A DNA stretch of 64,000 nt from an uncultured Acidimicrobiaceae bacterium (GCA_964453335.1 CAYVOK010000009.1:15099-79098), one strand, 5' to 3'. Shown: positions 9,726 to 21,010, numbered from the stretch's first letter. Translations and numbers: made by a program. Notes: generated by a model not told the origin, from the sequence alone.

Positions 9726-11654
9726 TCAGTTGGCGCCGGGTGCGACCGGGGCGGGCGGCGGCGGGGGAGGCGGCGGCGGTGCCAACGCGTCGGTGCCGAC
9801 CGGCCCCGGGTTCCGTGCGATGTCGAGCAGGCGGTAGACCTCACGCCCGTCGATCGTCTCGTGCTCGAGCAGGGCCCGGGCGACGAGGTCGAGACCGTGG
9901 CGGTTCTCGTGCAGCGTCGTCCGCGTGCGGTCCTCGGCGTTGCGGAGGATGCGCTCGATCTCCTCGTCGATGATGCGGGCGGTCTCGTCGGAGTACTCCC
10001 GGGTCTGCGCCCAGTCCTCGCCGAGGAACACCGGTCCACCGGATCCCCACGCCATCGGGCCGATCCGCTCGGACATGCCCCACTCGCGCACCATGCGGCG
10101 GGCGAACTCGGTGGCCTTCCGCAGGTCGTCGGACGCCCCGTTGGTGACCTCGCCGTAGACGAGGTCCTCGGCCATGCGGCCGCCGAGGATCATCGACAGG
10201 CGATCATGGATGGAGGACTCCGCGATCGAGTGGCGGTCCTCCTGGGGGAGGGTCATCGTGACGCCGAGGGCCATGCCGGTCGGCAGGATCGTCACCTTGT
10301 GCACCGGATCGCAGCCCGGCAGGAGTGCGGCCATCACCGCGTGACCGGCCTCGTGGTAGGCGGTCATCTCCTTCTCGGCCGCGTTCATCACGACGGACTC
10401 GCGGCGGGCGCCGATCATCACACGATCGCGGGCGTCCTCGAAGTGGCGGGCCCGGATGACGTCGTCACCGGCGCGGACGGCGAACAGCGCGGCCTCGTTC
10501 ACGAGGTTGGAGAGCTCGGCACCGGCCATGCCCGGCGTGCCACGGGCGACGACCGTGAGATCGACGTCGGGGGCGATCCGCTTGTGTCGGCAGTGCACCC
10601 GCAGGATCGCGAGGCGCTCCGAGTACTCGGGCAGCGGCACGACCACCTGGCGGTCGAACCGACCGGGCCGCAGCAACGCCGGGTCGAGGACGTCGGGCCG
10701 GTTCGTCGCCGCGATGATGACGATGCCCTCCGTCGCCTCGAAACCGTCCATCTCGGCGAGCATCTGGTTGAGCGTCTGCTCGCGCTCGTCGTGACCGCCG
10801 CCGAGGCCGGCGCCACGCTTGCGGCCGATGGAGTCGATCTCGTCGATGAAGATGATCGCCCGACCCATCTTGCGGGCGGAGGTGAACAGGTCGCGCACCC
10901 GGGAGGCGCCGACGCCGACGAACATCTCCATGAAGTCGGAACCGGTGACGGACAGGAACGGGACCCCGGCTTCGCCGGCGACCGCCCTGGCGATGAGGGT
11001 CTTGCCGGTTCCCGGGGGGCCGACGAGCAGCACGCCCTTGGGGATGCGAGCGCCGATCGCAGCGAACTTCGCGGGCTGGCGCAGGAACTCGATGATCTCC
11101 CGGATCTCCTGCTTCACGCCGTCGTACCCGGCGACGTCCTCGAAGGTCGTGCTCGGACGTTCGGTGGTGTAGGTCTTCGCTCGCGAACGGCCGATCGACA
11201 TGACGTTGCCCATCTGGCCGCTGGCCCGGCGCTGCATCCACCAGAAGAACAGGATGAGCAGGCCGATGGGGAGGAGCAGCGGGATGAGCTGGCCGAGCAG
11301 GCTCGTCTGCGGGGTCGCCGGCTTCTGGACGACGTCCTTCTCCTCGAGCAGCGCCCGGTCGGCGTCGGAGAGCGTCAGGTAGCCGGTGGTGTTGAAGGTC
11401 GTGCCGTCGGTGTAGGTCCCCTCGATGCGACCGGTCGTGTTGTCGAACACGATCTCCTCGACCCGGCCCTCCTCGACCGCGCTGATGAAGGCGGAGTACG
11501 GGACCGTCTGGCCGGAACTCCGGTCGAGGAAGGACGAACCGACGATGACCGCGGCGACGAGTCCGAGCACGATCCACACGGCCCACTTCGGGAAGGAGGA
11601 TTCGCGGGTCGGAGTGCCGCCGGAGCCGCGGGGCGGGGCAGCGTTCGGATCCAT
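9726..11654 (-). CDS. ftsH: ATP-dependent zinc metalloprotease FtsH
   Basis: 642 aa with two N-terminal TM helices, Walker A 'GPPGTGKT', Walker B 'IIFIDEIDS', SRH '[19 protein letters not shown]' and zinc site 'HEAGHAV'. Confidence 0.97.
   Translation of the reverse strand: MDPNAAPPRGSGGTPTRESSFPKWAVWIVLGLVAAVIVGSSFLDRSSGQTVPYSAFISAVEEGRVEEIVFDNTTGRIEGTYTDGTTFNTTGYLTLSDADRALLEEKDVVQKPATPQTSLLGQLIPLLLPIGLLILFFWWMQRRASGQMGNVMSIGRSRAKTYTTERPSTTFEDVAGYDGVKQEIREIIEFLRQPAKFAAIGARIPKGVLLVGPPGTGKTLIARAVAGEAGVPFLSVTGSDFMEMFVGVGASRVRDLFTSARKMGRAIIFIDEIDSIGRKRGAGLGGGHDEREQTLNQMLAEMDGFEATEGIVIIAATNRPDVLDPALLRPGRFDRQVVVPLPEYSERLAILRVHCRHKRIAPDVDLTVVARGTPGMAGAELSNLVNEAALFAVRAGDDVIRARHFEDARDRVMIGARRESVVMNAAEKEMTAYHEAGHAVMAALLPGCDPVHKVTILPTGMALGVTMTLPQEDRHSIAESSIHDRLSMILGGRMAEDLVYGEVTNGASDDLRKATEFARRMVREWGMSERIGPMAWGSGGPVFLGEDWAQTREYSDETARIIDEEIERILRNAEDRTRTTLHENRHGLDLVARALLEHETIDGREVYRLLDIARNPGPVGTDALAPPPPPPPPPAPVAPGAN
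9753..9779 (-). repeat. nine consecutive proline codons at the FtsH C-terminus
   Basis: Reverse complement reads CCG CCG CCG CCT CCC CCG CCG CCG CCC. The protein tail is '[20 protein letters not shown]'. Confidence 0.95.
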
Positions 11655-11714
11655 GCGGCGATGTTAGAAGGCGGCCACCGCCAATCGGCACGGGCCCCGG
11701 TAGCGTTCGGGGCC

Positions 11715-12500
11715 GTGGACAGCCCGACCGAGCACGCGGTGCCGACCGCGGGGGCGACGCCGCCCGGCCGGGCCGTCGGACGGTCGTTCGTGCTCCATGC
11801 GCTCGGCGGTTGGATCACCGCCCAGGTCGTCGGCAGCGTCGCCGTCGCACTGGCCCTCTTCGCGGCGACACCCACCGGCACGGCGGTCGGCACGGCCGTC
11901 GCCGCCGTCCTCGACGGGGCGGGCGACCCCGACGTGATCGCCGGCCTGACGGTGGGGACGTTCACGCTCGTCGTCCTGCCGGGTTGGATCGCCCAGCTCG
12001 GCGCGGTCGCATCCGCGACCTGGGGTGCGGGGCGGTCGGTGGTGGACACGCTCGGGTTGCGGTTCCGGGCCTCCGACGTGCCGGTCGGGCTCGCGGCCGG
12101 GGTCGGCGCACAGGTCCTCGTCGGTCTCCTGTACCGCCTCGTCGACGTCGACGCCGGGGCACCGGCGACCCGGCTGCTCGCCAAGGCCGACACGCCCGGC
12201 GCGGCGGTGACGATGGCGGTGCTGCTCGTCGGCGTCGCCCCCTTCGTCGAGGAGCTCGTCTACCGGGGTCTGCTCCAGCGCGGGCTCGGCGCCTACGTCG
12301 ACGCACGGTTCGCGCTCGTCGTGACGGCGGTCGTGTTCGCGGTCGTCCACTTCCAGACGGTGCAGTTCGCAGGGCTGCTCGTCGCCGGCCTCGTCTTCGG
12401 CGGTCTCGCACAGTGGTCGGGACGTCTCGGACCGGCGATCGTCGCGCACGTCGGGTTCAACGCCACGACGGTCGGCTGGATGTTGCTCGTCGGCTCCTGA
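11715..12500 (+). CDS. CPBP-family intramembrane glutamic endopeptidase (CAAX protease-like)
   Basis: Multi-TM protein with 'APFVEELVYRGLLQ' (EExxxR) and 'FAVVHF' motifs. It is the C-terminal part of an 879-aa track ORF that is otherwise antisense to ftsH. The start is uncertain: GTG 11715 chosen; ATG 11661 would sit only 7 nt from the ftsH start. Confidence 0.7.
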   Translation: MDSPTEHAVPTAGATPPGRAVGRSFVLHALGGWITAQVVGSVAVALALFAATPTGTAVGTAVAAVLDGAGDPDVIAGLTVGTFTLVVLPGWIAQLGAVASATWGAGRSVVDTLGLRFRASDVPVGLAAGVGAQVLVGLLYRLVDVDAGAPATRLLAKADTPGAAVTMAVLLVGVAPFVEELVYRGLLQRGLGAYVDARFALVVTAVVFAVVHFQTVQFAGLLVAGLVFGGLAQWSGRLGPAIVAHVGFNATTVGWMLLVGS

Positions 12501-12530
12501 GCCCCCCGTCGGGGCGGCGGGGATGGCACG

Positions 12531-12565
12531 GCGCCCTGCGGCGCGACCGTTAGCCTGCAGGGCGC
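12531..12565 (+). promoter_or_regulatory. perfect 9-bp GC-rich hairpin abutting the start codon of the next gene
   Basis: gcgccctgc (12531-12539) pairs with gcagggcgc (12557-12565) around a 17-nt loop. ATG of the 945-aa membrane protein is at 12566. Confidence 0.3.
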
Positions 12566-15403
12566 ATGGACGAGGCCCCCACCGAGGACGTCGCCGAGGG
12601 CGACGCGCCCGACGACGCCGCTGCGACCGACGAGGTCGGCGACGACGTCGCGGACGCGGACACGGTCGCCGACGAACGGCGCCGCGCCCGTCTCGGTCCA
12701 CCCCGCACGGTCGACGACTGGGTGCAGATCGGGGTCACGGCGTTCTGGGTCGTCGTCGCCGTCGCCTTCATCTGGCAGCAGGTGGGTGGCTCGCTGCTCC
12801 TCGCCGACAACCTGCCGACCGGCGGCGACATGGGGGCCCACGTGTGGGGCCCGGACTACCTGCGTCGCGAACTGCTCCCGTCGGGCCGGCTCTCGGGCTG
12901 GACACCGGACTGGTACGCCGGGTTCCCCGCGTACCACTTCTACATGGTGCTGCCGTCGCTGCTCGTGCTGCTCTACGACGTGGCGTTCAGCTACGGCGTC
13001 GCCTTCAAGCTCGCCACGGTGACGGGCATGCTCACCCTGCCGGTGGCGGCGTGGGCGATGGCCCGGCTGTTCCGTCTGCGCTACCCGGCCCCGTTGCTGG
13101 CGGCGCTCGCGACCCTGCCGTTCCTGTTCGACGGCCGGTTCACGATCTACGGCGGCAACGCAGCGTCGACGCTCGCCGGAGAGTTCGCGTTCTCGCTCAG
13201 CCTGTCCGTGGCGCTCGTCTACCTCGGCGTCGTCGGCCGCGGGCTCGAGACGGGCCGTCACCGGGCGCTCGCCGCCGCGCTGTACGCGCTCGTCATCCTG
13301 TTGCACCTCATCCCGGCGCTCTTCGCGACGCTCGGCACGATCGTGCTCGGCCTGCTGCGGGCGACGTCCGACGCCCGGCGACCGGCGGCCCGCGTGGTCC
13401 TCGGTGCGTTCGTCGGCCTCGTCGGTCTCGGCCTGTGGATCGGGGTCGCTGCGTCCGCCGTGGTCGGGATCGCGTGCGCAGCGGCAGGGCTGCTGCTGTT
13501 CCTGGCCGGGGCGTGGTGGGTCGAACCGGCGTGGCGGGCGAGCCTGCTGTGGGTGGTGCCGGTCGGGCTCGCCGGAGCCGCGGTGAGCGGGTTCTGGGCG
13601 CTCCCGTTCGTGGGGCGCCACGCGTACTTCAACGACATGGGCTGGGAACGCATCCAGCTCTACGCCGAGAACCTCGCGCCCGGTGGGCCGGCGGAGGCGG
13701 TCTGGTTCGTCGTGATGGGGCTCGCAGTCGCCGGTGCAGTGCTCAGCCTCGTCGAACGCAACCGGTTCGGTGCGTTCCTCGTCGCCATGGCCGCTGCGTC
13801 GGCGGGTGCCTTCGTGTGGTGGCCCGACACGCAGATGTGGAACGCCCGCTTCCTGCCCTTCTACTACCTGAGCCTCCACCTCCTCGCCGCGCTCGGGCTC
13901 GCCCTGCTCGTCGGCCGGTTGCGCGGGGTCGCGGGTCGTTCCGTGCTCGCGACGGCGAGCGCCGTCGTGATCCTGTTCGTGACCGCGCTCCCGCTCGGCT
14001 CCGTTCCCGGGGCGACGAAGCTGGTCGACGGGGAGCACCGGTTCCTAGGCATCGGGATGCGGCCGTCGTTCATCGACGACTGGGCCCGGTGGAACTACAG
14101 CGGGTACGAGGACAAGGCCGGTTGGGAGGAGTACCGGGCGCTCGTCGACACGATGGCCGACCTCGGTGCGTCGAACGGGTGCGGCCGGGCGATGTGGGAG
14201 TACGAGCTCGACAAGCTGAACACCTACGGCACGCCGATGGCGCTGATGCTGCTCCCGTACTGGACCGATGGCTGCATCGGGTCGATGGAGGGCCTGTACT
14301 TCGAGTCGGCGGCGACCACGCCGTTCCACTTCCTCAACCAGGCGGAACTGTCCGACAAGCCGTCCTCCGCGCAGCGTGACATGCCCTACCGCGGCTTCGA
14401 CATGACGTCGGGTGTCGACCACCTGCAGCTGCTCGGGGCGCGCTACTACCTCGCCTACTCGGATCGGGCGAAGGGCGCCGCGGCGGACGATCCCGACCTC
14501 CGCCGGATCGGCACGTCGGGCCCGTGGGCGATCTACGAGGTGAAGGGCAGCGACCTCGTCGTCGGCCTCACCCGCCAGCCGGCCGTGGTCACCGGTGTGG
14601 CGCAGGACCAGAAGGAATGGCTGCCGTTCGCGGCCGACTACTACATGGACCGGTCGCGCTGGGACGTGATGCTGGCAGCCGACGGTCCCGAGACGTGGCA
14701 GCGCGTCGCCCCGGACGAGACCCCGAAGCTGCGGGCCGAACCGGACGTGAAGATCACCGATCTCGTCGTCGACGCCCAGCGCATCACCTTCGAGGTCGAC
14801 CAGCCGGGCACGCCGGTGCTCGTGAAGGCGTCGTACTTCCCGAACTGGACGGCGACCGGCGCCGACGGTCCGTACCGCGTCGCGCCGAACCTGATGGTCG
14901 TCGTCCCGACGGGACGCACGGTCGAACTGCAGTACGGCCGGACCGGCCTCGACTGGCTCGGGATCGGCCTGACGCTGCTCGGCGTCGTCGCGATCGTGGT
15001 GCTCGGGCGTCGGCGCCCGCTCACGTTCGCCCCGCTCGCCGCCGCGGCGGGGGGTGGGCCGGCGTCCGTCGACGCCTTGGGCGCGCCCGTCGTGCCGACC
15101 GTCGGTGCCGGCGACGCAGCGGACGGCCCGACATCGTCGGCCTCCGCCGACGACCTGGTCGGCCCGGACGGCGAGGACGCGGACGCCGTCGTCGAGCCAG
15201 CGGACGAAACGACAGCACCCGCCTCCCCGCCGACGTGGACCCCGCCGCCGCCCACGGCGATCACCCCCGTGGTGGAGATCGGCCGAGACACCGACCGGGC
15301 CCGCCGCAGCGGCATCCCGGGTTGGACGACGCCGTTCGAGGACGACGACTGGGGTGACGCCCGCTGGGGTTCCGCCAACCCCTCCACCGACGACCCGTCG
15401 TGA
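12566..15403 (+). CDS. large polytopic membrane protein, GT-C-like / PTPS-related (PF10131-like) family
   Basis: 945 aa. Acidic N-terminus, then 'GGDMGAHVWGPDYL...GWTPDWYAGFPAYHFY', as I recall for the '6-pyruvoyl-tetrahydropterin synthase-related' membrane family. About 13 TM helices, a large soluble domain, a final TM helix and a disordered acidic/Pro tail. Confidence 0.7.
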   Translation: MDEAPTEDVAEGDAPDDAAATDEVGDDVADADTVADERRRARLGPPRTVDDWVQIGVTAFWVVVAVAFIWQQVGGSLLLADNLPTGGDMGAHVWGPDYLRRELLPSGRLSGWTPDWYAGFPAYHFYMVLPSLLVLLYDVAFSYGVAFKLATVTGMLTLPVAAWAMARLFRLRYPAPLLAALATLPFLFDGRFTIYGGNAASTLAGEFAFSLSLSVALVYLGVVGRGLETGRHRALAAALYALVILLHLIPALFATLGTIVLGLLRATSDARRPAARVVLGAFVGLVGLGLWIGVAASAVVGIACAAAGLLLFLAGAWWVEPAWRASLLWVVPVGLAGAAVSGFWALPFVGRHAYFNDMGWERIQLYAENLAPGGPAEAVWFVVMGLAVAGAVLSLVERNRFGAFLVAMAAASAGAFVWWPDTQMWNARFLPFYYLSLHLLAALGLALLVGRLRGVAGRSVLATASAVVILFVTALPLGSVPGATKLVDGEHRFLGIGMRPSFIDDWARWNYSGYEDKAGWEEYRALVDTMADLGASNGCGRAMWEYELDKLNTYGTPMALMLLPYWTDGCIGSMEGLYFESAATTPFHFLNQAELSDKPSSAQRDMPYRGFDMTSGVDHLQLLGARYYLAYSDRAKGAAADDPDLRRIGTSGPWAIYEVKGSDLVVGLTRQPAVVTGVAQDQKEWLPFAADYYMDRSRWDVMLAADGPETWQRVAPDETPKLRAEPDVKITDLVVDAQRITFEVDQPGTPVLVKASYFPNWTATGADGPYRVAPNLMVVVPTGRTVELQYGRTGLDWLGIGLTLLGVVAIVVLGRRRPLTFAPLAAAAGGGPASVDALGAPVVPTVGAGDAADGPTSSASADDLVGPDGEDADAVVEPADETTAPASPPTWTPPPPTAITPVVEIGRDTDRARRSGIPGWTTPFEDDDWGDARWGSANPSTDDPS

Positions 15404-16617
15404 GCGACCGCGTCCGCCGTCTCGTCGGTCGCTTCGCGGTCGTCGGCGCGTGCGTGACGCTCGTCGACGTGACCGTGTTCGTCCTGGCGCGGCGCGCCGG
15501 TGGTCTGTCGCTCGTCGGCGCGGCGGCACTCGCCGTCGGGGTCGCGGCGACGACGTCGTACGCGGCGCATCGCTGGCTCACCTTCCGCGGTGACCCCTAT
15601 GCGCGGTGGGTGCGCCGACCGGGTGTCGTGGTCGGCGTCGTGGTCGTCGCGGGACTCGTCGACGTCGCCGTGGTCGTCCTGCTCGTCGGTCCCCGCACCA
15701 CGGCGGTCGTGCCCCTCGTCGCGGGGAAGCTCGCGGCGCTCGGTGTCGGCGCGTCGTTGCGGCTCGTCGCGTTCCGGCGCGTGCTCTTCGGCGAGGTGCG
15801 GCGGCGCAGCGGTGCGGCACCGCAGCGCGACCCGGCGGCGGGTGCCGTGCGGCTCTCCGTCGTCGTCCCGGCCTACCGGGAGGAGGAACGGATCGGTGCC
15901 ACGGTGGACCGGGTGCGCCGTGCGCTCGCGCCGGTCGTAGCGGACGGCGGGCTCGAGATCGTCGTGGTCGACGACGGTTCCCCCGACGGCACCTCGGCAG
16001 CAGCCCGGGCGGCGGGCGCGGATGTCGTGCTGCGCCAGGAGCCGAACCAGGGCAAGGGTGCGGCGGTGCGGGCCGGCATGATCGCCGCCACCGGTCGGAC
16101 GATCGTGTTCACCGACGCCGACCTGGCGTACCCGCCGGAGCAGGTGCTGCGTGTCCTCGACGCCGTGGAGGCCGGCTGGGACGTCGTCGTCGGCAGCCGC
16201 CGCCACGTCGACACGACGACCCTCGTGGGGGCACGACGGATCCGGGAGATCGGCGGCCGGGTCATCAACCTGTGCACGACCGCCGTGCTGTTGGGACAGT
16301 ACCGCGACACGCAGTGCGGGTTGAAGGGATTCCGTTCCGACGTGGCGAACCTCCTGTTCCGCCAGGTCCGCACGACCGGGTTCGCGTTCGACATCGAGGT
16401 GTTCCACCTCGCCGAGCGGTACGAGCTCGGCGTGCTCGAGGTCCCCGTCGAGGTGGAGAACTCGGAACGGTCGACGGTGAAGGTGGTGCGCGACGGGTTC
16501 CGGCTCCTGCGGGACCTCGTGCGGATCCGCCGGTGGGCGAAGACGGGTGCGTACGCGTCCGATCCGGCGGTGGTGTGGCCGCTGCCGCTCCCGGGAACCC
16601 CGGGGCGCAGCCGGTAG
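15400..16617 (+). CDS. GtrA-like domain fused to GT2 polyprenyl-phosphate glycosyltransferase
   Basis: GTG 15400 overlaps the upstream TGA (GTGA). The N-terminal 4-TM part 'FAVVGACVTLVDVTVF...HRWLTFR' is GtrA-like. The catalytic part carries 'LSVVVPAYREEERI', 'VVVDDGSPDGT', 'FTDADLAY' and 'DTQCGLKGF', as in Dpm1/Ppm1-type enzymes. Confidence 0.85.
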   Translation: MSDRVRRLVGRFAVVGACVTLVDVTVFVLARRAGGLSLVGAAALAVGVAATTSYAAHRWLTFRGDPYARWVRRPGVVVGVVVVAGLVDVAVVVLLVGPRTTAVVPLVAGKLAALGVGASLRLVAFRRVLFGEVRRRSGAAPQRDPAAGAVRLSVVVPAYREEERIGATVDRVRRALAPVVADGGLEIVVVDDGSPDGTSAAARAAGADVVLRQEPNQGKGAAVRAGMIAATGRTIVFTDADLAYPPEQVLRVLDAVEAGWDVVVGSRRHVDTTTLVGARRIREIGGRVINLCTTAVLLGQYRDTQCGLKGFRSDVANLLFRQVRTTGFAFDIEVFHLAERYELGVLEVPVEVENSERSTVKVVRDGFRLLRDLVRIRRWAKTGAYASDPAVVWPLPLPGTPGRSR

Positions 16618-16644
16618 TCTCCTCGCCGGCGAACCGGGTGGCCG

Positions 16645-18009
16645 GTGCTGCCCCGACCGGGACGGATGCTCGTGCTCGACGCGATCTTCAAGGCCTACGA
16701 CGTGCGGGGGGTCTACCCCGACGAGATCGACGCCGACCGGTGTCGCCGGATCGGCTGGTCGTTCGCGCGGTGGGTGGCAGAACGCGACGGGGCGACCCGG
16801 GTCCTCGTCGGCCGGGACATGCGCCCCTCGGGCCCCGAGCTCGCGGACGCGTTCGCCGACGGCGTGCAGACCGCAGGCCTCGACGTCGTCGACATCGGCC
16901 TCGTGTCGACCGACCTCGCCTACTTCGCGGCGGGTCGGCTCGACGCCCCCGCCGCGATGTTCACCGCGTCGCACAACCCGGCGCAGTACAACGGGATCAA
17001 GTTCTGCCGTTCGGCGGCCCGGCCGGTCGGCTCCGACAGCGGCCTCGCCGAGGTGCGCGACGGCGCTGCCGCCGAACCCGTGCAGGTCGGGGACCGGGGG
17101 AGCCGGAGCAGCGTCGACCTGCTCGACGACTACGCCGCGCACGTCCGGTCCTTCGTCGACCCCGGTGTGCTGCGGCCGTTGCGGATCGTGGCGGACACGG
17201 CGAACGGGATGGGCGGCCTCGTCGTCCCGGCGGTGTTCGCCGGGCTGCCGTTCACGCTCGAGGTCCTCTATCCCGAGCTCGACGGCACGTTCCCGAACCA
17301 TCCGGCCGATCCGATCCAGCCGGAGAACCTGCGGGATCTGCAGAAGCGGGTGCTCGAGACCGGTGCTGACGTCGGGCTCGCGTTCGACGGTGACGCCGAC
17401 CGGGTGTTCCTCGTCGACGAACGCGCCGAGCCGCTGTCGGGTTCGCTCACGACGACGATCGTCGCCGCCGGTCTGCTCGACCGGCATCCGGGCTCGACGA
17501 TCGTGCACAACCTGATCTGTTCGAAGGCGCTGCCGGAGATCGTGCGGGAGCGTGGCGGGGTGCCGGTGCGGACCCGGGTGGGGCACAGCTTCGTGAAGGC
17601 CGTGATGGCCGAGACCGACGCGCTCTTCGGCGGCGAGCACTCGGCGCACTACTACTTCCGGGACAACTGGCGGGCGGACTCGGGTTGCATCGCCGCGGTG
17701 GTCGTGCTCGAGCAGCTCTGTCGGGCCGGTGTCCCGCTGTCGGAGCTGCGACGGCCGTTCGAGCGCTACGCGGCGTCCGGTGAGATCAACACCACCGTCG
17801 CCGACCCGGCGGTCGTGATCGACCGGGTCGCTGCGGCGTACGCGGCGCACGACCAGGACCGCCTCGACGGGCTGACGGTCGACTGCGGTGCGTGGTGGTT
17901 CAACCTGCGTCCGTCGAACACCGAACCGCTGCTGCGGCTCAACCTCGAGGCCGGCACGGCCGCCGAGGTCGCCGCCCGTGTCGCCGAGGTCCGCGCCCAC
18001 TTCGGCTGA
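16645..18009 (+). CDS. manB: phosphomannomutase/phosphoglucomutase
   Basis: 'IFKAYDVRGVYP' and the active-site loop 'TASHNPAQYNGIKF' are present, along with 'FDGDADR' and 'GGEHSAHYYF'. An alternative start is ATG 16666. Confidence 0.93.
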   Translation: MLPRPGRMLVLDAIFKAYDVRGVYPDEIDADRCRRIGWSFARWVAERDGATRVLVGRDMRPSGPELADAFADGVQTAGLDVVDIGLVSTDLAYFAAGRLDAPAAMFTASHNPAQYNGIKFCRSAARPVGSDSGLAEVRDGAAAEPVQVGDRGSRSSVDLLDDYAAHVRSFVDPGVLRPLRIVADTANGMGGLVVPAVFAGLPFTLEVLYPELDGTFPNHPADPIQPENLRDLQKRVLETGADVGLAFDGDADRVFLVDERAEPLSGSLTTTIVAAGLLDRHPGSTIVHNLICSKALPEIVRERGGVPVRTRVGHSFVKAVMAETDALFGGEHSAHYYFRDNWRADSGCIAAVVVLEQLCRAGVPLSELRRPFERYAASGEINTTVADPAVVIDRVAAAYAAHDQDRLDGLTVDCGAWWFNLRPSNTEPLLRLNLEAGTAAEVAARVAEVRAHFG

Positions 18010-18059
18010 ACGCCCCCCACCCCGCCCACGGTCCCCACCGTCCGACCCCGGAGCACCCC

Positions 18060-18272
18060 ATGCCGCTCGACCCGTTCCTGCTCGAGATCCTCGCCTGTCC
18101 CGAGGACAAGGGCCCGTTGCTGTACATCGAGGCCGAGGACACGCTGTACAACCCGCGTCTGCGGCGTCGCTACCGCATCGTCGAGGGGATCCCGGATCTC
18201 CTCGTCGACGAGGCGGAGGCGGTCGACGGGGCCGAGCACGACCGGCTCGTCGCGCTCGCCGGCGGTTCCTGA
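18060..18272 (+). CDS. Trm112-family small protein
   Basis: 70 aa: 'LLEILACPEDKGPL...YRIVEGIPDLLVDEA'. ATG 18060 lies inside the longer track ORF. Position between manB and manA is the classic actinobacterial arrangement. Confidence 0.85.
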   Translation: MPLDPFLLEILACPEDKGPLLYIEAEDTLYNPRLRRRYRIVEGIPDLLVDEAEAVDGAEHDRLVALAGGS

Positions 18273-18287
18273 GGACGTCCGCCCCCC

Positions 18288-19448
18288 GTGTACGAGCTGC
18301 AGAACCCCGCGCAGCGGTACGACTGGGGTTCACCGACCGCCATCCCAGCGCTGCTGGGCGTGCCCGCCGACGGGAGCCCGGTCGCCGAGGTGTGGATGGG
18401 GGCACACCCCTCCGCGCCGTCGATGGCGGTGCTCGACGACGGGAGCACGGTCGCCCTCGACGTCCTCGTCGCCGGTGCGGACTCCGGTGCGGGGCCGGAT
18501 CTCCCGTTCCTGCTGAAGCTGCTGGCCGCCGAACGGCCGTTGTCGCTGCAGGCCCACCCGGACGCGGCGCAGGCGCGGAGCGGGTTCGCGGCGGAGGAGG
18601 CGGCCGGCGTCCCGCGTGACGCTTCGACGCGCACCTACCGGGACCCGAACCCGAAACCGGAGCTCCTCGTCGCGCTCACCCCGTTCGAGGTGCTGTCGGG
18701 CTTCCGTGCCCCGGTGGTCGCCGCCGACGTGGTGCGGGCGTTCGGGTTGACCGCCGCGGCGGACCGTCTCGCTGCGGGGGATCTCACCGGGGTGCTGTGG
18801 GACTGGTGGGGTGCCGATGCGGCGGGGCGCGCAGCGGTGGCCGACGCGGTCGCCGCCGGCGCGGCGCGCGCTGCGGCGGACTATCCCGAGGAGGCAGCGC
18901 TCGTGGTCCGGGCGGCTGCGTTGCACCCGGGCGACGTGGGGGTGGCGGTCACGTTGCTGCTCAACCGGCTCGTGCTCGCGCCCGGCGAGGCGCTGTTCGC
19001 CGCGGCCGGTCGTCTGCACGCCTACGTGGCAGGGTTCGGGGTGGAGATCATGGCGAACTCCGACAACGTGGTGCGTGGCGGGCTGACGACGAAAGCGGTC
19101 GACGTCGCGGAACTGCGCCGCATCGTGCGGGTCGAGCCCGAACCGCTCGTCGCGTTGCGACCGGTGCCCGTCGCCGGGACGCCGGAGGCGGTGTTCCCGT
19201 CGGGCCCGGCGCCGTTCCGATTGGGGCGAGCGACGCTCGAGGGCGGACCGTGGACCCCGCGGCGTCTCGGCGCCGAGGTGGTGCTGTGCACCGACGGTGC
19301 CCTGACCCTCCGCGCCGGTGACCGCACCGTGCACCTGCGAGCCGGTGGTTCGGTGTTCGTGCCGGCCGGATCGCCGACGTACACGGTCGAGGGTCGGGGT
19401 GCGTGCTTCCGGGCGAGCGCGCACGCCGACGACGTCCCGTCGCTCTGA
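18288..19448 (+). CDS. manA: mannose-6-phosphate isomerase, class I
   Basis: '[12 protein letters not shown]', '[12 protein letters not shown]', '[20 protein letters not shown]' and '[15 protein letters not shown]' are present. Confidence 0.92.
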   Translation: MYELQNPAQRYDWGSPTAIPALLGVPADGSPVAEVWMGAHPSAPSMAVLDDGSTVALDVLVAGADSGAGPDLPFLLKLLAAERPLSLQAHPDAAQARSGFAAEEAAGVPRDASTRTYRDPNPKPELLVALTPFEVLSGFRAPVVAADVVRAFGLTAAADRLAAGDLTGVLWDWWGADAAGRAAVADAVAAGAARAAADYPEEAALVVRAAALHPGDVGVAVTLLLNRLVLAPGEALFAAAGRLHAYVAGFGVEIMANSDNVVRGGLTTKAVDVAELRRIVRVEPEPLVALRPVPVAGTPEAVFPSGPAPFRLGRATLEGGPWTPRRLGAEVVLCTDGALTLRAGDRTVHLRAGGSVFVPAGSPTYTVEGRGACFRASAHADDVPSL

Positions 19449-19537
19449 GCCCGGGGGCGGTCGACCGTCAGTCGGGCCCGCGCCCCTACACTGCTCCAGT
19501 CCGCCCCCGGCTGTCGCCGGCCGTCCCGTGGAGCGCC

Positions 19538-21010
<1,473 letters not shown>

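Noticed and set aside
9714-9727. Perfect 14-nt palindrome GAGCGGCGCCGCTC between the Trx-like gene and ftsH, considered as a bidirectional terminator.
   Set aside because: It has no loop and no U-tract and it overlaps the ftsH stop codon. GC palindromes of this size are frequent in such genomes, so the evidence is insufficient.
9861-11660. 5' 600 codons of the 879-aa + strand ORF 9861-12500.
   Set aside because: This part is antisense to ftsH and is compositional junk. Only the last ~260 codons (CPBP protease) look real.
11661-11714. ATG 11661 as the start of the CPBP protease gene.
   Set aside because: It lies only 7 nt from the divergent ftsH start codon (11654), leaving no promoter or RBS space. 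The encoded residues are not hydrophobic or conserved-looking. GTG 11715 is preferred, but the true start remains uncertain.
14641-18405. 1254-aa minus-strand ORF, one of the longest in the track.
   Set aside because: It is antisense to the GT-C-like gene, the GtrA-GT2 gene and manB. The composition is extremely Arg/Pro/Gly/Asp-rich with no recognisable motif. Long stop-free antisense frames are expected at this GC content, and the + strand genes have clear family signatures.
19449-19537. Possible SAH riboswitch in the 89-nt leader of ahcY.
   Set aside because: The leader contains GGAGCGCC next to the AUG, but I could not find the conserved AGGCUC / GGAAC core elements or a convincing pseudoknot. 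GGAGCG is more simply the Shine-Dalgarno. cmsearch with RF01057 would be needed to revive this.
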